From Lepidodermella squamata (lineage: Eukaryota; Animalia; Gastrotricha), in assembly GCA_047495785.1 (NCBI GenBank), contig JBLDXI010000020.1, positions 1,178,001 through 1,242,000 of the forward strand: a DNA stretch of 64,000 bases. The letters run 5' to 3'. This document shows, in pieces, positions 60,217-64,000 of the stretch (position 1 is its first letter; every line of letters starts with the position of its first letter). Made by a program: the position numbers and the translations under genes. Under the pieces are notes generated by a model. It was not told the origin of the DNA. It worked only from the letters and a program-made list of their open reading frames with translations, and made no database searches.

Positions 60217-63200
60217 ATGGCATCATCTGATATCGCGCTACTTGAGACAACGTTCAGTAGCGAGTTTGTTGATGGCTCGGGAAGAGTTATTCAGCCGTAT
60301 GAATTTTCGGTAATTTATCGGCTTTCAGCGAATGAATTAATTTATTGAAATTTCAATAGTTTACGGCTGAGTCTTCGAACATTCCCTCTAATGCAGCTGT
60401 CGCGAAAATCATGTTTGAAATCACCCGATTGCTCACGACTGTTCGTGGCGAGGGTAACGTAGTGACTTCGTCTCGCAACGTTTTGCGATTCCGGATCGAA
60501 AACTCAGATAGGCCACCGATGACCGTCAAAGTAGGCTGCGCCATAAGTTTTAGCAAACTGATTTCAATTTTGTTTACAGTTCACAGCAAAGGCTCTGGGC
60601 TGCCCGTCAAACGATGCTTGGTTCGAGTTGGTCGGTGGAGTAATGGACACAGTATCGCGTCACGTGACTGACGCGAAGCCAACAGTCGCCCCAATTTCTA
60701 CTCAGCGTCAGGCTTCTCAGGAAAAATCAAACAACATCAAATCTCCAATCCGTAAATCAATGAAATCTCCGCCACTTGCGTCGCCTCCCCCACCGCAACG
60801 TCAAAGCTCATTAGGATCAAGCAGTGTTGTGAAATCGCCAGTTCCTTGCAAATTGCCAAATCTAAATGATTTGAAGCAGTTTTTGAAGGCAAACCCTCAG
60901 TGCATTGTCTATGTGCCGTATGAAAATGGCACCGAATTAATGCCATCAGTAATTAGCACATATCCAGTTAACGGCGACGATAATTTGGTAAAGAAACCTA
61001 TCTAATTACATTGCAAGTTTGTAATTTTGATTACATGCTTAGATAACGTGTAAACTCGGCCTATGGCGAGGTGCTGCTGAGGTGACTTGCCGAGTCAGTG
61101 AAGTGTTTTTGATGAAGGAAATTCCTCAATACGCGAAAATGAACGCCTATTCCAACCCACCTGGTAAACATTTATCGCTGAAATTCAATCAAGTTTTCAT
61201 CCTTATTTTGCTAGCTTCGATTGGAAACTTGGCAAGCTGCGAAGACTCGCGCGTTTCAGAATTCATTGGGATTGTGGAAATCACCCTTCCAGGCAAAGCT
61301 TGTGAACGGTTGAAAGTGCGATATGTCGAGCAAAACCGGGAAGATGAAATTCCGTTATTTCGTTGCACCCTTTTCCGTGAGGGCGGCGTCCTTGAATTGA
61401 TAAAGCGGCGTTTGGTTCAGGATAAGGCGAAAACTAGTGAGATTCGCGAGGCGCCGAAACAGGAGGTCAGCGACGAGTTCGGCCGGCGTAGTCGCAGCAC
61501 GTCTCGCGCGTCGAAACGCGGAATTAGCGACGCGATTGAGGTGGCTGAAGATGCGGACGCTGTTTTGCCGGAACGGCGCAAAAGTTCGCGGTTAGACGCG
61601 CCGCAGCAATCTCGTCGCCGATCCGCCGCTCCGCAACCTATGGATTTCGAATCGAGTGAGGAGGTTGAAATCGCAGGCGATGCGGCGGCGGAAGACTTCC
61701 CGGCGAAAGAGAACGACGGCGCGTCGAGTGGAGCTGGGAATAAGAAGAGGCGGGCAACTATCGCGAATATCACTGCCCCGGCGACTTTCCCGCGTTCAGC
61801 CGAAAAGACGAAACCTGGCAAGGCGGCTCAAGCCCAGGCTGGCCAGGGCCGTCGCGGTTTGCGCCAGCAGCCGGATGAAGACCAGCAAGAAGCGGGCAAT
61901 CACGACCCGTTATCGAATTTGTTCAATGGAAACGTTTTCATGGTTCTAAACGCGGGTGAGCGGAGTTCTTCGCCTGCCGATGACGAAACGCGGTCCGTGG
62001 ATATGATCGAGCGGTTGATTAAGCAGGCGGGCGGGCAGGTGGTTGAATTGCCGGTTTGCAGCCCGCCGGAAGTTCTCGCGAAAATTACGGTGATTTGCAA
62101 GCAGGAGATGACGTCATTCAAGTACTTGTTCGCGATTGCGGCTGGAATTCCATGCGTCTCCTACGAATGGGTCAATGCTTGCCTCGATTCGTGCAGTTTG
62201 GTCGACAAAACTAACTTCCTCCTCCCCGCTGCTAGGTATTCGAATAATTCAAAAAGTTTATTGAAAAATAATTTTCGTTTTAAATTTAGGGAAAAAGATG
62301 GCAAACTCTATTCGCAGCGAAGCCCCTATACGGTGAGATTTTTTTTTTACGATTTTATGGCTCGTTGAATTTTCATGAGATATTTCTTCCATTTCCTTTT
62401 ATTATTGATTTTTTTTACGAAATGCTATTTCACACATATTTTTTTCCATATAATCGTGTTTTTAACCAAATGATTAGGAATTGGGGTTAGGTTAGGTTTT
62501 GGGGTCGGTTAGGATTCAGGGCTATGGTTAGGGTTAGGATTAGTTGAGTTTCGGGTTATTTACAAAGTTCGGTTTTTGGGCCTTTGCACTTCCCACTTCC
62601 CCAATAACCATTTTCATGCGATAAAATTGACCACGTTTTCGGAACCCCATTTTTCTCTTATACAGGGTGTTCGCGTAATAATACTCTTCTAAAAATAGCT
62701 TTGCTACTTTTTGCATGCATTTTAGCTTTTTTGTAGCTATTTTTAGCTCGCTCAGAGTATTATCACGCGAACGCCCTGTATAAACCAAAAACTAGTCATC
62801 TGGCATTTTTCTAATGTTTCCAGCTCGAAGTATATGAAAAATAATGTGTATGTAGGAAAGATTGCATCCATTTTATTTTTTATTTTAAACTTTTATCATT
62901 TAATTTTCTCAATTTTTTTCAGAAAATATTCAGTGGGACCAAAATCTTTGTGGCTGCCCGGTGCAGAGAATTTTACGTGACGTGGCAGGCGTTGATTGAG
63001 GCGGCTGGGGCGTCAGTTTTGCCGGCGGTTGACGGGGCTGGGTCACCGTTTCGACGTCATTATCTGCACGATGGTGAAAACCAGACGGATGCGATTGATC
63101 AAGAAGCTGTTGATAAGGAGGCTGAGGCCCTTATTCCGACTTGCGATTACGTCATTGTGGGTAAGTATCAATTTCGAAATAAATTTTTTCTCGTTAATTT

Positions 63201-63403
63201 ATTGCCGTTTTTCAGAACCTGAGGCTTCATGTGCGCCGTCTCAAGCGACTATAAATGCCGCAGTTTCGAGCAGCGTGCCCCTTGTCACGACTAAATGGCT
63301 TCTCAAATGCTTCCTAACCGGAAAAATGGTCGCACCTAGTGAGGACGCGTCGAAATTTACGTGGTGGGGTGTCTTGCAAGCGAGCGCCTCGGCGTCATCG
63401 TGA
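60217..63403 (+). CDS. TP53BP1: 53BP1-like protein (oligomerisation motif, degenerate Tudor region, tandem BRCT), about 8 exons
   Basis: FEITRLLTTVRGEGNVV (oligomerisation-like); BRCT1 FKYLFAIAAGIPCVSYEWVNAC...NFLLPA; BRCT2 TWQALIEAAGA...VPLVTTKWLLKCFLTG. Confidence 0.75.
62481..62570 (+). repeat. Degenerate telomere-like TTAGG(G) tract inside a 53BP1 intron
   Basis: GGGGTTAGGTTAGG...GGTTAGG...GGTTAGGGTTAGG. Confidence 0.6.
62663..62778. mobile_element. Mariner/Tc1-type MITE in a 53BP1 intron
   Basis: TA|CAGGGTGTTCGCGTAATAATACTC ... GAGTATTATCACGCGAACGCCCTG|TA. Confidence 0.8.
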
Positions 63404-64000
63404 ACCTTTGAACCAAGTCCAAGTTGCAAATTATTTCTTAAGATAACAAACAATGTTTTCGACTGATTCGATCGAAATCTCGGTGTTTTTTCTCTCAATT
63501 TTCTATGAAGAACGCACGCACGCATTTGTTTGGCTCAAAACAGAATAATAATTGGCTCAAATCTTGCATATTGGACGAAATTCTTGCCTTCCTTTTACCG
63601 GTCTTCACTTCTATTTGATTTTGTAATACTTGTTGCTGATCGCTGTTGCGCTGTTGTAATTAAAGATCTAATAAAATCCAGTCATTAATAACTCTTGTAG
63701 GAAAATAAAAACATATATTGAAAAGGGTTCTTGAACATTTCTTGAACGACACAGGTAAAAACCGGAAAAAACAGTGTAATCCGTGTTCCAATCGCTTGAG
63801 ATAGTGAAAATGTCACGATTCTCATAATCGAAGAAAAACAACTGTTTATTCACATTTGTATTCGGTCAATCAAAGTGTTTCGAATTTCGACGTCTTCAAA
63901 ACTACGAAATCAGCACTCTTCAATTCTAGACCTACCGTACATTGAGGTGACGCTGGCATATCAATAATCGAAGGTGGAAAGGTAAAGACCGATGAATGGG

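Noticed and set aside
63668-64000. Possible 3' exons of a minus-strand gene running off the window
   Set aside because: Too short and frame-ambiguous to call a product

Overview
Eukaryotic (metazoan, invertebrate-type) genomic DNA from a compact genome: many short GT-AG introns of about 37-70 nt, dense genes, a nicotinic receptor subunit and centriole/cilium genes. No rRNA, tRNA or CRISPR array was recognised. 1-6.7 kb is transposon-rich: an RLE-type non-LTR fragment, a CR1/L2-type LINE interrupted by a hAT element, and MITEs. 6.9-16.7 kb holds four small spliced Ly6/three-finger genes (a fifth, apparently secreted, lies at 35 kb; the ORF track misses two of them entirely) and a PLOD-like lysyl hydroxylase with a DNA transposon inside a coding exon. 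Next come a Ginger-type element (TGT...ACA, 4-bp TSD), a divergent nuclear receptor, a CUB-TM protein, three tandem divergent vWA-like secreted proteins, a DAAM-like formin with an N-terminal transmembrane helix, a stand-alone NPC1 N-terminal-domain single-pass protein beside full-length NPC1, a TAF5-like gene, an nAChR alpha subunit, WDR93, CEP44, ARL1 and a compact 53BP1. Best candidates for new biology: the membrane-anchored animal formin, the NPC1-NTD-only receptor (plus a furin-site loop in NPC1), the Ly6 cluster near an nAChR with an atypical selectivity filter, a transposon that may have become an intron in PLOD, and an operon-like CEP44-WDR93 junction. Exon coordinates were worked out by hand from splice signals and reading frame, and family assignments come from remembered motifs, not from database searches.
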